From Epiperipatus broadwayi (lineage: Eukaryota; Animalia; Onychophora), in contig JAQFVV010000008.1 of the NCBI GenBank assembly GCA_028023455.1, positions 7,812,001 through 7,876,000 of the forward strand: 64,000 nt of DNA, written 5' to 3'. A program made the position numbers and the translations under genes. Positions 37,801 through 52,800 of the stretch are shown here, in pieces. The notes below the pieces were generated by a model that worked only from the letters and a program-made list of their open reading frames with translations, was not told the origin of the DNA and ran no database searches. Positions within the stretch are counted from its first letter, which is position 1. The number at the start of each line of letters is the position of its first letter.

Positions 37801-40800
37801 GACCTATGATGGTCATTAGTGTGGCTAACTTTACCTTGGGTTTTTTAATCTGGTCGGCCTGTCGGTAAAAAATCAAGCACTCCATATAATTTGGCCAGCT
37901 CTCAGATTGAGCTAGATCAAAAAATTCCATAGAGACAATTGCATAAGTCCCTATTTATTTATGCGAGACACTGCTCGTAATTATTTTGCACTACTGTTTA
38001 AAATTGATTTTTATCTTTATTTTTCTGAGTAACCACTCATAATTATTTTTGTTTTATAGTTACGTTAATGTAAATCACTCAACGAAGCTTTAAAACCACT
38101 AGGGTGAGCTTCCGTCGCTGTCTTGCGAGTAAAGCTCTTGTGATTGTTTGTAGCTTCAAATTGATACGTGCTTACGTTTGCAGTCAATTTTTAATCGACA
38201 GATTTACGAGATTTTTTTTTAAAAAATATCACCGTAATGAAATTTTTTCAAAAAAAAATAATAATAAAGCAAATACACAATGCTTTAGTTACCAATTCTG
38301 TAGAAACTGGCGTATTTTATGCTATAATGTTCCCAGCCATGAGGGAAAATTTTTTCAAGTGACTGACTGTGCCAGATTTTTGAAACTGGCGTATTTTCTA
38401 CTATAATTTTTCCAGCTGTGAGGGAAAAATTTTTCAAATGTTTGACAGTATCAGGTCTGTTGTGTTTGATTAGGCTTACAGGTTCGGTTCCAAACCAACA
38501 GACAAATGATGATAATTACTCAACAATTAATATGTAAAATTTATTAATTACAAAAAATTGTGAGAGTACCACATGAGCCTCACCTAAAACAATTTATGTT
38601 TGTTTATGAATTTAAATGTGCCTATATCAAATCAACAAAAGATATAAACAACATGCACTTAGCTTTTCATATCATATCATATATATACGTAAACTAATTA
38701 AATATTAAAAGAATAATTCTAAAAAAATGAATTATTTTAATTTGTTTATATGCACACATAAATAAATGTTTCCAACTAATGGTATTTTTATTAACCAAAA
38801 CTTGACACTGACAAAGCCTAAAGTCAACATCGCAATTTATCGATTGTAACAAAGGAAATAAATGTTTGGAGTTCATTACAAATTGTAAGTATATTTAAAC
38901 AATAAAAAGTGTGAGCGTTTATGTGATATGCTTTCAGAAATATAAAAACGAACTGAAATTGTTATATAATAATCTTCTGTTTAGTTATCAGGGCAATAAC
39001 TACATTGGTAAATTTAAATATGTTCAAATTTAGAGTACATTTTTTAAAAAAGAAGATTCACTATTTCAAAACTTTCTTTAAGAAAATAGTTAATTTACGT
39101 TCTTTGTAAAAAGTAATTTTTAATATATTTTTAATATTTATAAAGAACTAAAAAAAAAATCATTTAAATTGTCAAAGTTTTAAGAGAACGCAACTTCTTC
39201 AAAATGATTATTCAAACTATCTGCTTAAGAAGTCAAAAATTTGTGAAGATGTTCTCTAGCTAGACAATTAATGCCAAAGATTTCTGCTGATGTTTAAAAT
39301 CTAAAGATGTAAATTTATTCCTACTTAATGCCTAAAATATAATCGTCATAATTTCCAATAAAAAAGCTGCCTTAATAATGGAGTATTTTACAGAAGAAGA
39401 TGTTAATTATTTACTACGTAGAATATCTAAAGGGGTGGATATTTGGATTGCCTCTTCGAAGGATGATCAATGAACTTTATCTACAATATTCATCGTCGTT
39501 TCATTTCATCCAAAACGAATAAATATAATTTATACAATTGAATGCTGAGGTAGTCATGCACAATAATGAAACTCATTTCCAACTAAATAAGTAGCCTGCC
39601 TTGTGAGCTCAAGTAAGACTCTTCTGGCTGTATTGGACAGTCTGCCTCGAGTCGGCTCTAGTTCACTCTTCCAGCTGCACTTAGATAGTTTGCCTTGAGT
39701 CGGATGCAACCGAAGTCCGTATGTGGACGTGCCTCACTGCAATGACTAGAGAAATAGAGTAACCTATGCTGACAGCAGAGGGTTTATTGGAGAGCACGTT
39801 CAGTCATTCAGATTGACAGAAATAATTGCTCTGCCTGGCCTCCAAAAGGTTGACTATTTAATGGCATATCCTCTACCTTACTGGAAACATTCGGATTTTG
39901 TGTGTGAACCCCAACAAAGAATTTATCCCCATTAAATAACGACTGGGTCCTAAACCAATCAAGCAAGAAATCTGGAATAGTCCACTTCTAAAGGCAAGGT
40001 CAGATATGATACTATATTAAGAATATTTTAAGTAAGAGTTACTGTAGAAAAAATTGAATATTATTATGTGGATGTTATATTAGAAGGAATTTTGCTATTT
40101 CCCCGAACTCCCACACTCCCAAATTAACTTAGTTTATTTTGCCATAATAGTCTAACAGCCCTATTCTTTTGTTTTAAAATGGAAATAATCTTTCTCCAAA
40201 ATAAATGACAAACAGCATTAAAGATTAAATTGTTATTCAAGCATTTAGTTTTTCTATTTGCATAATTTCAAAAATAATAATATGATCCCATAATGAATCA
40301 GTCCACAAATTATACCAAAATATATATTTTTGAGAACTTTTTTTGTTTTTAAAATTTAGATTTGTGAAGAAAAAGTTCAATATCATATGAAAATCTAAAA
40401 AAGTTATAATTTGGTATTTATGGTAAGGCTTCCATTTTAATATGCTTGAGCAATTGTTTTTTCGTGTATTGCAAATTAATGCAAAATTTTTATTTTCTGA
40501 AGATTTCAAACAGTTTGTAACTTCAAAATTCATCGGGCAAGAACTTTAACAATTTTGATTTTTTTTTTATTATCTCTGGTGGTATATTTGATGAATCAAT
40601 TTTGGAAAAAAAAAAATTGAAGATGATTGGGTTTTTTGATAGGATTACTTCATATGAAATGATCTTATTGATCTTTCTCTTTTTAAAAATGCTTTTTTAA
40701 TATGATTGATAACAGTTGATATGAAGATATCACAAATCACCTTTAATCAATCACATTGAAAGTAATTATTAACACACACCCCTCCCCATTAAAAAAAACC

Positions 40801-43800
40801 CAACTTTTTCAGTTATTTTTTGTTTTTATTTGTCTACTCATTAGTTTGAAGGTTATAAATTTGGCTTTACTTAGACTTGAGAATTTTTCTTTCTTGAGTT
40901 TCATTATTCACAATATTGAATATATAAAAATACTACACAATCGCAAAATAAAGATTATATCATATTCATATAACATTACTAGCTAAAAAAAACTAAACTT
41001 TATTAAAATTCTTCCACGACCATGGTTTCATCTATTAACAAATAAAACTTTTCAAGTGAAATTCAGCAAGATATACAAAACAAAATAGCCTTCCCATCAT
41101 TCACTTCAAAAAATGACTTCCTTTAACATCAAAGGATATCTTAATGAGATTTATGGCCTCAGATTTAAGAAAATTTATCAATGGTTTATTTTACTCTTCA
41201 TTTCACTTCTTTCATAAAAGATAGTCTGTGCATCGTCAAATAATATTTTATATACTGTATTTAATTCATGGATATAAAGCTGAGTTTTGATATTTATTTT
41301 TAACTTTATTCTTATGAACTTAAATACTTTCATTAAGACTTAATTTACTCTAACCTATATAAATTTTCTTATAACTGCAAAGAATCACAAATTATTCCAG
41401 GAATAGATTTGCAATCAACTGTTTTGAACCATTTAGTAATGAATTTAAATTTAGACTTTTCTTCCAAGCCAATTTCATACTGCCCATAAAAAACTATTCT
41501 TATAAATCAATTTACTAATTTTTAGATTTAAGTGTTGATAAAGTTGGTAATGTTTTATTCTGTAGTCATTTTATAAAAGAAAAAAATTAAGAAATATGAT
41601 GCCAGATAGTTACCAATTTTTTACTCATAAGAGACTTTCTTTATTGAACTTTTGTTAGGATATAATAATGAATTTATTAGGAATATTATATTTAATAAAA
41701 ATATCTATAAATCAATTAATAATAAAGATTTTATTGATAGTGTGAAAAAAGAGTTTGGCATAAATTATTGATTTATAAGAATAATTTTTTTATTGAGTGG
41801 TGAGAAATTGCCTGAAAGAAAAGCCCAAATTTAAATGGTTCAAAACAGTTAACTGATTGCAAATCTATTCCGGAAGTAATTTATAAGATTTCTTGCAGTT
41901 GTTATAAAATTTATATAGGTCAGAGTAAATTAAGTTGTAATGAAAGAGTTAAAAGTTCACAAGAGTAGAATTAAAAATAAATATAACTCAGCTTTGTATA
42001 TTCATGAATACAGATCATAAAATATTATTTGACAAGGCAGAGATTATCTTTTATGAAAAAAAGATAATTGAAAAAAAGAATAAAAGAAACTCTGTTGACA
42101 AAATATTTTGAATCTGAGGCCTTCAATCTCATGAAAATATCCTTTGATGTTAAAGTAAGTTGGGTTTTGAAATGAATGGTGGGAAGACTATTTTGTTTGG
42201 TATGTATAGGTGGTAGGCTTAGTTGAATTTCATTTGAAAAGATCTATTTGTTACTAGTTGAAATCATGGTTGTGGAAGAATTTTAATAAAGTTTAGTTTT
42301 TTTTAGTTAGTATTGGGTAACTTTATATGAATTTTTATTTTATTTATTATTACTAGTATAGAATTAGGCAGTATTTAATTTTTACAATACATATATAATT
42401 TTACATTAACACATATGGTTAATTCAGATTAGCCTGGAATTCTTATCTCTCTAGGTAAAAATAATTAGATATCTTTTCAATGATCATTCTTAGTTGAAAA
42501 CTGTATGTGGTTTAGTGCAATACTAGAGTGGCACACTGAAGCTCAAGATCATGAAATTAGGCTCCAGCTTTGTCACTTCCAATAAATAAACTTCTTATCA
42601 ATTCCTGTGCATTTGATTATTATTAATGGCTGACTATCCAAGTTAAATTATGGGTAGGTATGTGAAAAAAAAAAAAAAATTTAACCTGATTGTGAAGGTT
42701 CATTGTCCAGATTCAACCCTCTTGTAAAATCACAATGCCACAAAATGACTGAAATCTAACATTAATTCTATCATTTTTAACATTTACATTTTAATCAAAG
42801 GAAATAATTTATTAATTCAGACTAGATATACATATCATCTGCTAAGGATTGCTATAAATGGTACTATACGTATAACTAAAAAATTTTAAAAGTTAGTCAT
42901 GACCATAAACTCTGTTTTTAACTATTATCAAGAAAACTTGGCAATAACAAAATTATGAAAAACAATTCATTTCAGGATTCTTACAATGTAAGAAATGATG
43001 AACTCTTGTAGATATATCTAAGATAAATGATGAAGAATAAATATTCAAGACAAAAAAAGATCCTTTTTGTTAACAATTTAATATATAGATCCTCATAATA
43101 CAGAGATTGACTTATTTATGTGAAATTCTTATTTATATGAGATTCAAATATAGGTTAGGTAAAAGTTGAAAGCTTTCTTCAAGTTGTAATCACTCTTAGG
43201 AATTTTCTTTCAAATAGCTGCTTTATCATCAACTTAATTAATATTCCAATGATTAATCAGTAAATATATGTCTATCTTTTCTAAGCTAGATAGTAAAGCA
43301 AGCGAGCAAAAATACCTCAAATATTATTATTTGGCTGATATGGTGAATAATGCCTTCCCCTCTGTTCCTCTTTAGAGAACTATTTGTAGAGTAGCTTACT
43401 CAATAATATGCTATTTAAAAATCGCTTAATGTTTTAAAAAGTTAAAGTAAACCATGACCTCAACACTTGTAAAACAATGACAATGGCCTTTTCTCATCAA
43501 TGATATCAGTCATTTATCTAACTAATCCACAATAAACAGGAATCATCATGCTTATAATAAGCAGATATCAATTTAGCAATCAATACTGGATGACTAGTTG
43601 GGTTGTCTATGAATCAATTACTTGAGAAAAAAAATCTTAAGGCTGTCTGTGATCTGAAAAAAATTTAATGATTCATTCAACAAGTCCCAGGTTGTAGCAT
43701 GGTGAAATGGATACAATAACTACTAAGCCAGTAGATCTTTTTTTTTTCTTTACCTTTTATTTACAAATGTAGGTAGTTGAATATGTAAATTAATTAACAA

Positions 43801-46800
43801 AATGTAAACGTAAACACACAAGAGTGAATATTTCACAATTCTAATGAAAATTGTAGACTATAAGTAAATCATAATAAAATCTAATACAAAAAAAGTTATA
43901 AAATATTTTTTGATGTAAAGAATATTATCTTTTTGTATAAATTACCTTCTCATTTGATTTTGAACTCTCCGGCGGAACAGTACATTCTTCACTAGGCAAA
44001 GAAGCTGATCTCTAAAAAAAAAGAAATATTAATATTAAACTTTTAGAAATTTTTTTTATTAAAGCTACTAATGTGACAAACATATTTATCATAAAAGATA
44101 TTTTAAGAATACTAAAATCGTATTTTCTAAATTCAGGATTCTTTTTGGTTTTCTAATGCTATGATTTCAATAAGCAAATCTATTTTAATTGCTTGTTTTG
44201 CCTTCTACTTATTTCTTTTGTTCAACATATTTCTTTTCAAAATATCCCTAGTTCAATTTCATTTTGAATTTACTTTATTGATGGCTATCATTTTATTTCA
44301 CTTTATGTAAACCCTTTTTTATTTTTTAATTAATTACTAATCTTTTCATTAAACAACCCATAATTATTGTTTCCTTGACAGATTTGTGATGATGGCATTT
44401 TAGTTATATTTATATGTTGGATTATCTCCATTATCTAATATTAAATAATGAATGTTTTTAGAAAAATTTAACTTTATTTAAATTTTCAATTACATTCAAC
44501 TATTAACTAATAGCATGCAAGTGTATATAATAACTTATGTGCTATTACTAACAGTTGAATATAATTGAAAATTTAAATGAAATTAATTTTTCCTAAAGTT
44601 ATTCAAATTTTAATATTATATGATGGAAATACAATCGATAATTATTTTTCTTTCTAAATCAAAGATTACATTTCTTCTACAATAAATTTTGACTAACTTT
44701 ATTTCTTAAATTACTAGGTTTCATATAGATTAGGTATCAACTCCAGGCATTTCTGAGATGTCCAGTTTTCATTTTAGGTTTTTAGCTCTTTGGTGAATTC
44801 ATCATCATGGTAATTGGTTAATATTTTATTCTTTTACTTGGAATTTTTTTGAGTATTTTAATATTTTCAACTATAATGAAGATCATGTAAAGATTATTGG
44901 CAAAAACAGAATCATTTAAAATTTTCAATTTTTTAAATAAATAATAGCTAATTTTTTTTTTATTTCTATACAAAAATGTACTCTTTAGGAGACCCTGACA
45001 TTATACAATTTTCAATGTTGCACTTATTTTTTAAATTCTTAGTTCTTTGTTTTCTTCTAATTTAAAAAGCTCTTATTCTAAATTATATCTTATATCACAA
45101 CTAACATAAATTACATCATCATTGACTCAATAATTTTAAATTATTAGAATCACAATTGATGCACAAAGATTATATGGTGCTATATCCAGCTGCAGTAATC
45201 TGTCAATAAGAAAAACAATAAATTTTATATAAAAGTGACAATTAAAATCAATATAACATCATACATTAAGATAAATTATGATTTAATATATTTAATAAGT
45301 AGAATATAATTACAACTGACTCTAAAATATCTACATGAACTACTTTTAATCCTAGATCTATTATAGATAGATATCCCAGAGAAAGTTTATGTGATAATGT
45401 ATTAACATGAGAAAACAATCAGCATTAATTAATATTTGTCAGAGATTCCTTCATCATTAAAGGCAAGTAGTTTTCTTCCAAATAGAAGAACACTGAAGCA
45501 AACTAGACTTTTTATATATCTCCAATTCAGGCAACTTATTGGTCTATAATTACAATATTATATTTAATGATAATCTGATTTTAACATCCGTACTATCACA
45601 TTATCTATTTCTAAATATATTTTAACTTGATTATTTTTCACATTCTTCCTAAATTACTTTGCTTCCAGTTTAATTAAATGTTTCTCTAATTAGTTTTTAA
45701 CTTTATTTAATCTCTTCATTTAATTACTTATTACTCGAACAGTATATATATTTCTTATTGTAAAACGTAATTTTTTTTCTAACATAATTATTTACTTTTA
45801 ATAATTCAATAACCATATGTTTGTATTTTTCAAATATATACCTTTAACATATATTCAGCACTCTTCAACTCACTTCAGACTTACTTTTTCTCTGAAGTAA
45901 GGATAATATCCTAAATGATACTTAGATTTCTTCCATTTTTATTGTAGTCTAGCACTTGGAGGAATTTTCAAAGAATGAATTGATGTTAAACCAAGATTTT
46001 TTAATTCAGCTTTTGATCTTTAAATCATTTTATAATAAATTATTTGTTCAGTCTCTTCCATTTCACTTCAACTGCTAGAAAATTTTTGGATTCAGAACAT
46101 CTTTAATTATTTCTGGAAAGACTGCTATCTCAAAAAGTATAAAATCTTCAATTTTGTCTTTCCAGAAATAATTAATGTGCTTCCATATTTTTTTTTCATC
46201 CTTTATCAGAACTAGCACAATCTGTCTAGAAAATCTTTGTTTAATTTCGATTTAGTCATTTTTAGTCCAAACTTTTTTTCTGACAGCCAATTTAAGTTTT
46301 ATTTGATACTTTTTTTTTGTCATTATCACTGGAATGTAAATTAGACAATAATTATGAGATAATGAAACTAGGTCATTCACTGAGCCTTTCTCTTTTAATC
46401 CAGTCTATTAATAAATTGATATCCTTCATCCTGTACTAAACTTCAGATTTTAACATATTTATATATTCAATGTCTATTTTCCTGCTAAAAAACCTTATTA
46501 AGTATATAAGTTAGTGCTTCTTTATGCCTAATTTGGCTATCCTTTTTATATTCAATGGAATAATCATATCCAGACATTTAGGTGACTGTAATTAATTTCA
46601 GTTTAAGACAAAATATAAAGGATATAGGCAATTGTTCTTTATTTGTATGAATGGGATGACAGAGAACTGCTCCCATTCCAAAGTCAGATGCATTTGTAGT
46701 TAGTATTGTATTACATTACCAGATTATCAAATGATTTAGTTTGCCAAAATGTTTTCTCATGCATCTTTCTTCAATTCCATAAGTGATTTTTTTTTCAAAA

Positions 46801-49800
46801 AGTGTTCTCAGGGATCCCAAATACATTTTTATGTATATAACTTAGCTGCAAATTTTTCCAGTATCTCTGAATTGGAATTCGTTTTTCATCTTCACCAGTA
46901 ACTCATCAAAATAATATATGACATCTTCAATAAACAAAGAAAGACTTCTACTTTAGGTGAAATATGCAAATGAAAGACATACTTATACAGATCTAATATG
47001 AGAAGTATTAATATTTCATCTACTTTATTTGTTGCTGCTAGTCAGTAAAAGGCCATATTAAAGTCTAGTTTGCAAAATGGGATGACTTCTGTAAAGATGC
47101 AAGTATTTCCCTGCAATTAGAAACTTAATAGTTATTTTATTTAGAGCCTTATTTGCCATTGTTCAAACATACAAATGGATTTGGCTTTTTGCTTGGTCAT
47201 AAGTCTAACCAGTATAGTCCAATCTGACTTCCTGTTAACTCCAATATATCTTTATCAAATAGTTCCTTAATGACTTTTACAAGTGATTTCCTTTGCGAAA
47301 TGGTAATTTATATATAGTTTGCAAATTACAACTCCCCATTAAACAGTCTGGATTTTTTTTTTCCTTATCTCCATTTGAATTACAATGCTTTTAACTAGTA
47401 TAATTTTATTTCCAAGTATATTAATTCATTCCTGACAGTAATGGTTGTATATTTGTGTAATCAATATATGGAGATAACAATAGATTTTTATTTCTCTATT
47501 CTAACAGGAACTTTAATTATCTCTTTTATTTTAATCACATTGCTATTTATATCTTATGCTTTAACCCAATTTTTATAATTAATGGAGTTTTTTTTATGAA
47601 CTATAAATAAGATCCAATCATAAACTAATATAAATGACTCTCCCAATCTGCTACTATTTCCATGACTAAAGAGGTGCTTTACAATATATTTAAATTATAA
47701 TTTGGTTAGATTCAGTAAGTAATGTGATTTTTGTGCTTAACCTAGAGTCGCGTTTACTATCTGCTTCATTCAATTATTAACTTTCTCTAAATTTGCTGCT
47801 CTCCTTTTGTACACATTCAAATTTCACAACATTTAGCTCTCCTAAAACATGTCTTAAGGCAATTTGCCACAGAATCAACATATGTAGGCATTATTGATCT
47901 GTCATTTTCTTTTTCTCTGAATTCTTTGTTTTACATGTGTCCATGTTAGTGTTATTACTAAATTTACCTTTAGACAATAACATAGATTGTTCCAGAATCA
48001 ATTTATGAGCAATTTCACATTTTACAGCTTTTCGTAATGTTAACAACTTTTGTCTCAAATTGTCACTGCTAATTCCTAAAAGAAATGTTTCATGAGTGTC
48101 TCCTACGAAAATGAACTATAAACAAAATTTATGCCAAATTAGAAAAATCCACATTGAAATCTTGAAATGAAGCTTAGAAATGTGTCCCAAAGAATGTGAC
48201 TAAATAGTTTGATGAAAGTTAGATTATTTCATCATAAGGATAAACTTTAATTTTATTCAGTTCATAAAGCCTACTAGCAATACCAATAATCTTTTGGGTT
48301 GGTCAAATAAAGTAATGATGCTAGTTTTATTTGATCATCGATAATTTTATTTATTAACAAATATTTCTTTACATATTATATGCAGAATATTCAATTGCCT
48401 GCATCACACATATTAAACTCACCTATCTCACCTTGTATGCTACCAGAATTAATTTGAAATTTTTTTCTCTGAATAGCTTAACCTAAATAGTTTGAATTGT
48501 TTGGTTTCAATAACAATTGTATTAACTGCAATATTCAGTGATGATAATCTTGCAGTCATGCAAGCAATAAATTTATATATAATCTAACTGATAATTATAA
48601 TCAGAATAACATCAAGTAATATGATTAAATATACCTGCATATATGGAACCTAAAAACAATTATTAAATATACTTATAGAACTTTTGCCTTAAGACTTACA
48701 AAAATTATAATAAAATCTGTTTTCGACTTTAAATCTGTTTTAGAACTAAGGTAATAGATTGCTTCAGAAATTTATGTGATAATGCATTAACATGAGATTA
48801 TGTCCAGCATCCATTAATATTTGTCAGAGAATCCTTTTCCATTAAAAACAACTAGTTTCTTCTAGAAAACAGACAATACATCAGAACAGACTTTTTATAT
48901 GTTTCAATCTCTAGCATTTATCAGTTAATCATTATAATATTAAATTCAATAATAATCCAATTTCTAAAGTTATGCTATAGAATTATATATTTCTAAATAT
49001 ATTTTAACTTCACTGTTCTTAACAAGTTATTTCACTTTATTTTTTTCATCAAATTTTTCTCTAAATTATTTTTTGATTTAACTTTTTTAATTAACAATTT
49101 ATTAATCAAACATTATAATATATTTCTAATCATAGAATATATATATATTTCTGACATATATTTCAATTATTTATTTTTTTATTACATTTACAAGTTTCAA
49201 TAACCATACATTCTTTATGGTAGTTGTTCTGAGCATGTCACAGTCGGAACTACCTTCTTTACATATGTATTTTTTTAATATAAAACATACAGCAATACAA
49301 AGGTTAGTAATATATTTAATTTTATTTGATTTTAGCTTTAAAATCAATTATTTAGACATTGTGGGAAAAAAATGTTTACTGTTTGCAATAATTTTATTTA
49401 TTTATTTAGCATAAAGATTTTCTTTTAGCTATTAGCAAAATATCATAAAAGAACCTGTAGAGATTTCAACCAGAAAACAGAATCACTAATGGTTTATTAA
49501 GTATTTCAATTCTGCCATTGTTACCATCGAATTGACAGTCATTAACTATATGATTCAAAATTTGTGTTTGTCCACATCAACATCAGTCATTTGGCTAATA
49601 AATTCCATTTTTGATATATGCAACTATCATGGGTTGCTTTGAATTTGCTGATAAGATTCCAATAATTTTTAGAAAGATTATTATTAGATCTGAAAAAGAA
49701 ATTTGTTTGAAACTTAATAAAAAGTCCATTTTTTTAGGCCATAATTTCTTGATTAAATATCCAGAAAAGAGATGGGTCTTAAGTGGTGAAATATCCTGAA

Positions 49801-52800
49801 TTATTGGGAAATCTGACTTATTTGATAGTTTGTACATTTTCTGTGAAGCAAAAAATATGTTATCTTTTCATAAAAAAAAAATCTAGCATCCAATAATCAT
49901 ACTGCCTTATGTATTAACATTTATCAAAACAAAATGCTTTATTGATCTTCAATATTACTGAATTCTATATCAGAGTAGTGATTATTTTATTTATTTAGAA
50001 TAAATAAGATATTGCCTGTAGATAAATGGTTAGATAAAATACAAAATAATGTTGAAATATATAGAATCTGCAATTACTAGGATCATTTAGCAGTAATACA
50101 AATTTGAAATTAACTAAAACTGTAGCATTTTGCATTAGCATATAAAATATAAAAAAAACAACAAGTACACTAAATCTTTTTTGTAATGTGACTTTACTTT
50201 CAACTTCATTAATAATACCAACCAATCAGAATACTTTGGAATATTATATGGAGAATTATATGTAGCTTTAATACTTATTGCTTTTGTACAGAAGTTTTGA
50301 AAAAAATTACTTAATCAAAAGAGATTGTGAATAAAAAAGTTTGAGGAGACTTTTGATACATGCTCAACATGCTTATTTTTATGTCAACAAATTCAACTTT
50401 GATCTGTTCATGAATTTGCTTGCTTTCAATCTAGATGCATCCTTTATTAAAATTAGAGTTCAAATACATCAATAACTATCATATCCTGATTCTTTATTGT
50501 CCAACTTTCATATCTTTAAGAAATATTAAAAGTATCCCATAATTCCACCATAACAAAAAAATTTACAAAAGGCCAAAGTAATAAAGCTTTTGTTTCCTTA
50601 AACTTCACATTCTCAACTGACAGAATTACATTTGTTGTTTTGTGAATGGTAAATTTTGCAGAAACTTATCTTAGACTTTGATTTTCTATAAACAGAATTA
50701 TGGGTTCATTTTTCTCATTTAAACACAATAATCTTTTTAATAATACATACATTAACCCTGTAATGCTAGACTTGTGAAATAAACTGTATTCTTTGTTCTT
50801 GATGGGAAAAAAAAATTTACATGTGAAAATGTTTTGCAAAATGTTCAATGTTGTTGCTGATGAATGATCCAAAAAAGAAATTTCTTCACCATTAATTTGA
50901 AATCACTTTGAAAGACAAGAGAATTGTCATAGCTGCTTATAACATTTTCTTCATATCTGCCTATAGTAATATTTTATTTTACCTATCTTTATAACTTGAG
51001 ACTTTGATTTGTTTTATAAGACTAATATTGTCAGTATAGTATGATTGCTGTATCCATAATTATCTTCTTCAATTTAGTTTCTCTTATTATACACTCAGTG
51101 AACTAAGTGAATACCATAATAACATAAAGCTCTGATCAATTTCACAGTCACCAGGGAAAAAACAACAACATTTCCAGTTCATATTCTAAATTTGGTATTT
51201 AAACCAGGGAAGAATTTTCTTAGCAGAATATTAATTTTTCTACAAATGTTAGCTTTTGCATTAAAAAAAAAAAACCCCCTCAGTAACTATTAAAAAGTAG
51301 TCTAACACTTGACACCATTAATGACACTGATTTAAAATTCTTATCTTAAAAAAAAAACTTTTGCCAAAATCATGTTGCCGCAAAGATGATTCAAAAAACT
51401 GCATTATATATGGAAATAAAATGAAGCTGATTATTATGCTATACAACTTCAAATTTGTGTTTGATTTATTGATCCCATAGCATTTATCATCCATAACTAA
51501 TTGACTATCAAAAGAATTCTCTTTAAAAATTATATTGTTTTCAAAACCTATGAAGCAAGCAAGAAAAATATTTCATGTCTCTTCTCTTGCTACATTTTCC
51601 CATCTATTTTGACTCCTTGATTAATAAGCTGGAAGAGGCTGTCCACTACTCTCTTTCTTTTGCATCAATAATGTTGCCATGAATGTTTTCACTGACTATG
51701 ATCACTAGACAAATTTAATATAACTAATAATGATTGAATATTCTTGTGAATACACATAAGAAAAGCACTCTTCTAATTTATTACCATTAGTTATCAGAGA
51801 ATTATGGATGTTTTGACTTTATAAGTTCTGAACTATTTATTTTTATATTAAGACTAATACTGAAAATTAAAAATTTTTTTGTTTGAAAACTTGCTACAAT
51901 ATATAAAAAAAAGTAAGTGTCAACTCTTTAAAAAGCATTACATTAAAAGATACACAAAAATTTCTCATACATAAGTCTTTTTTTCACTTTCATCCTATCT
52001 GTGTTTTGTCTCAAATAAGAATAAAATCATGTTTCATTTCTTTGAGAAATCTATATGTTATTACTTGAAATATCAAAACTTTGATTTTCTGTAAAAAACA
52101 AAAAAGACTTTAAAAAACTACAAATTTATTAGTTTATTATTAATTCTTTTTGACCAAAAGAATTAATTTATGTCCACCAGATAAAGTAGTTGATATTTAT
52201 AATGAATTTTGCACCAATAATTTGTTACAAGAATAAATAATGCAACAATTTTGAAAAGACTTTTTTGATCTTATATAACAATCAGTTGCCTTAAAAAAAA
52301 TTTACACAAGCATTAAATCATTAATAAAATTCTAGAAATGTAATAGGAAATTCAAGGTAGATGGCAATTTATATTAAAATGATACGTTCTTCAAAATTAC
52401 TTTTTATGATTTTGAAAAAACTTTTTAATTCTACATTGTGAACATTAAGTTTCAAGATAAATATTAATTATTTAGTAATTGCAAAACTGATAAACTTCAA
52501 ACAATTAAAGCAAGTGGAATGAAAGGAATAAATCAAAGAATAAAAAATGACGTAAGTAAAAGTTTAGTGTGCAGTTTTTAAAAAAAATATCTTTAGTGTT
52601 TAAAAAAAGTTTTAAATTATATTTACATGATTTTCAAAAAATAAAAAGGAAAAACTACAAGAAACACAAATTATGTCAAGAATAACAAAAAAAGATAGAA
52701 AATAAATGGTAGATTAAACAATATTGGAAAAAAATGCATTCTGAGACAAGAACAAATATAGGATGGGAAAATGAGATCCAAGAATGATGATTGTCTAAAA

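Larger units (their letters stand above)
33429..40011 (-). mobile_element. Decayed full-length Ty3/Gypsy (Mag-like) LTR retrotransposon in the last BRD8 intron
   Basis: LTRs 33429-34054 and 38458-40011 (the latter interrupted), about 85% identical in a 115-bp block aligned by eye. 5-bp TSD CTATA (33424-33428 / 40012-40016). PPT as C10 at 34056-34065. Confidence 0.92.
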
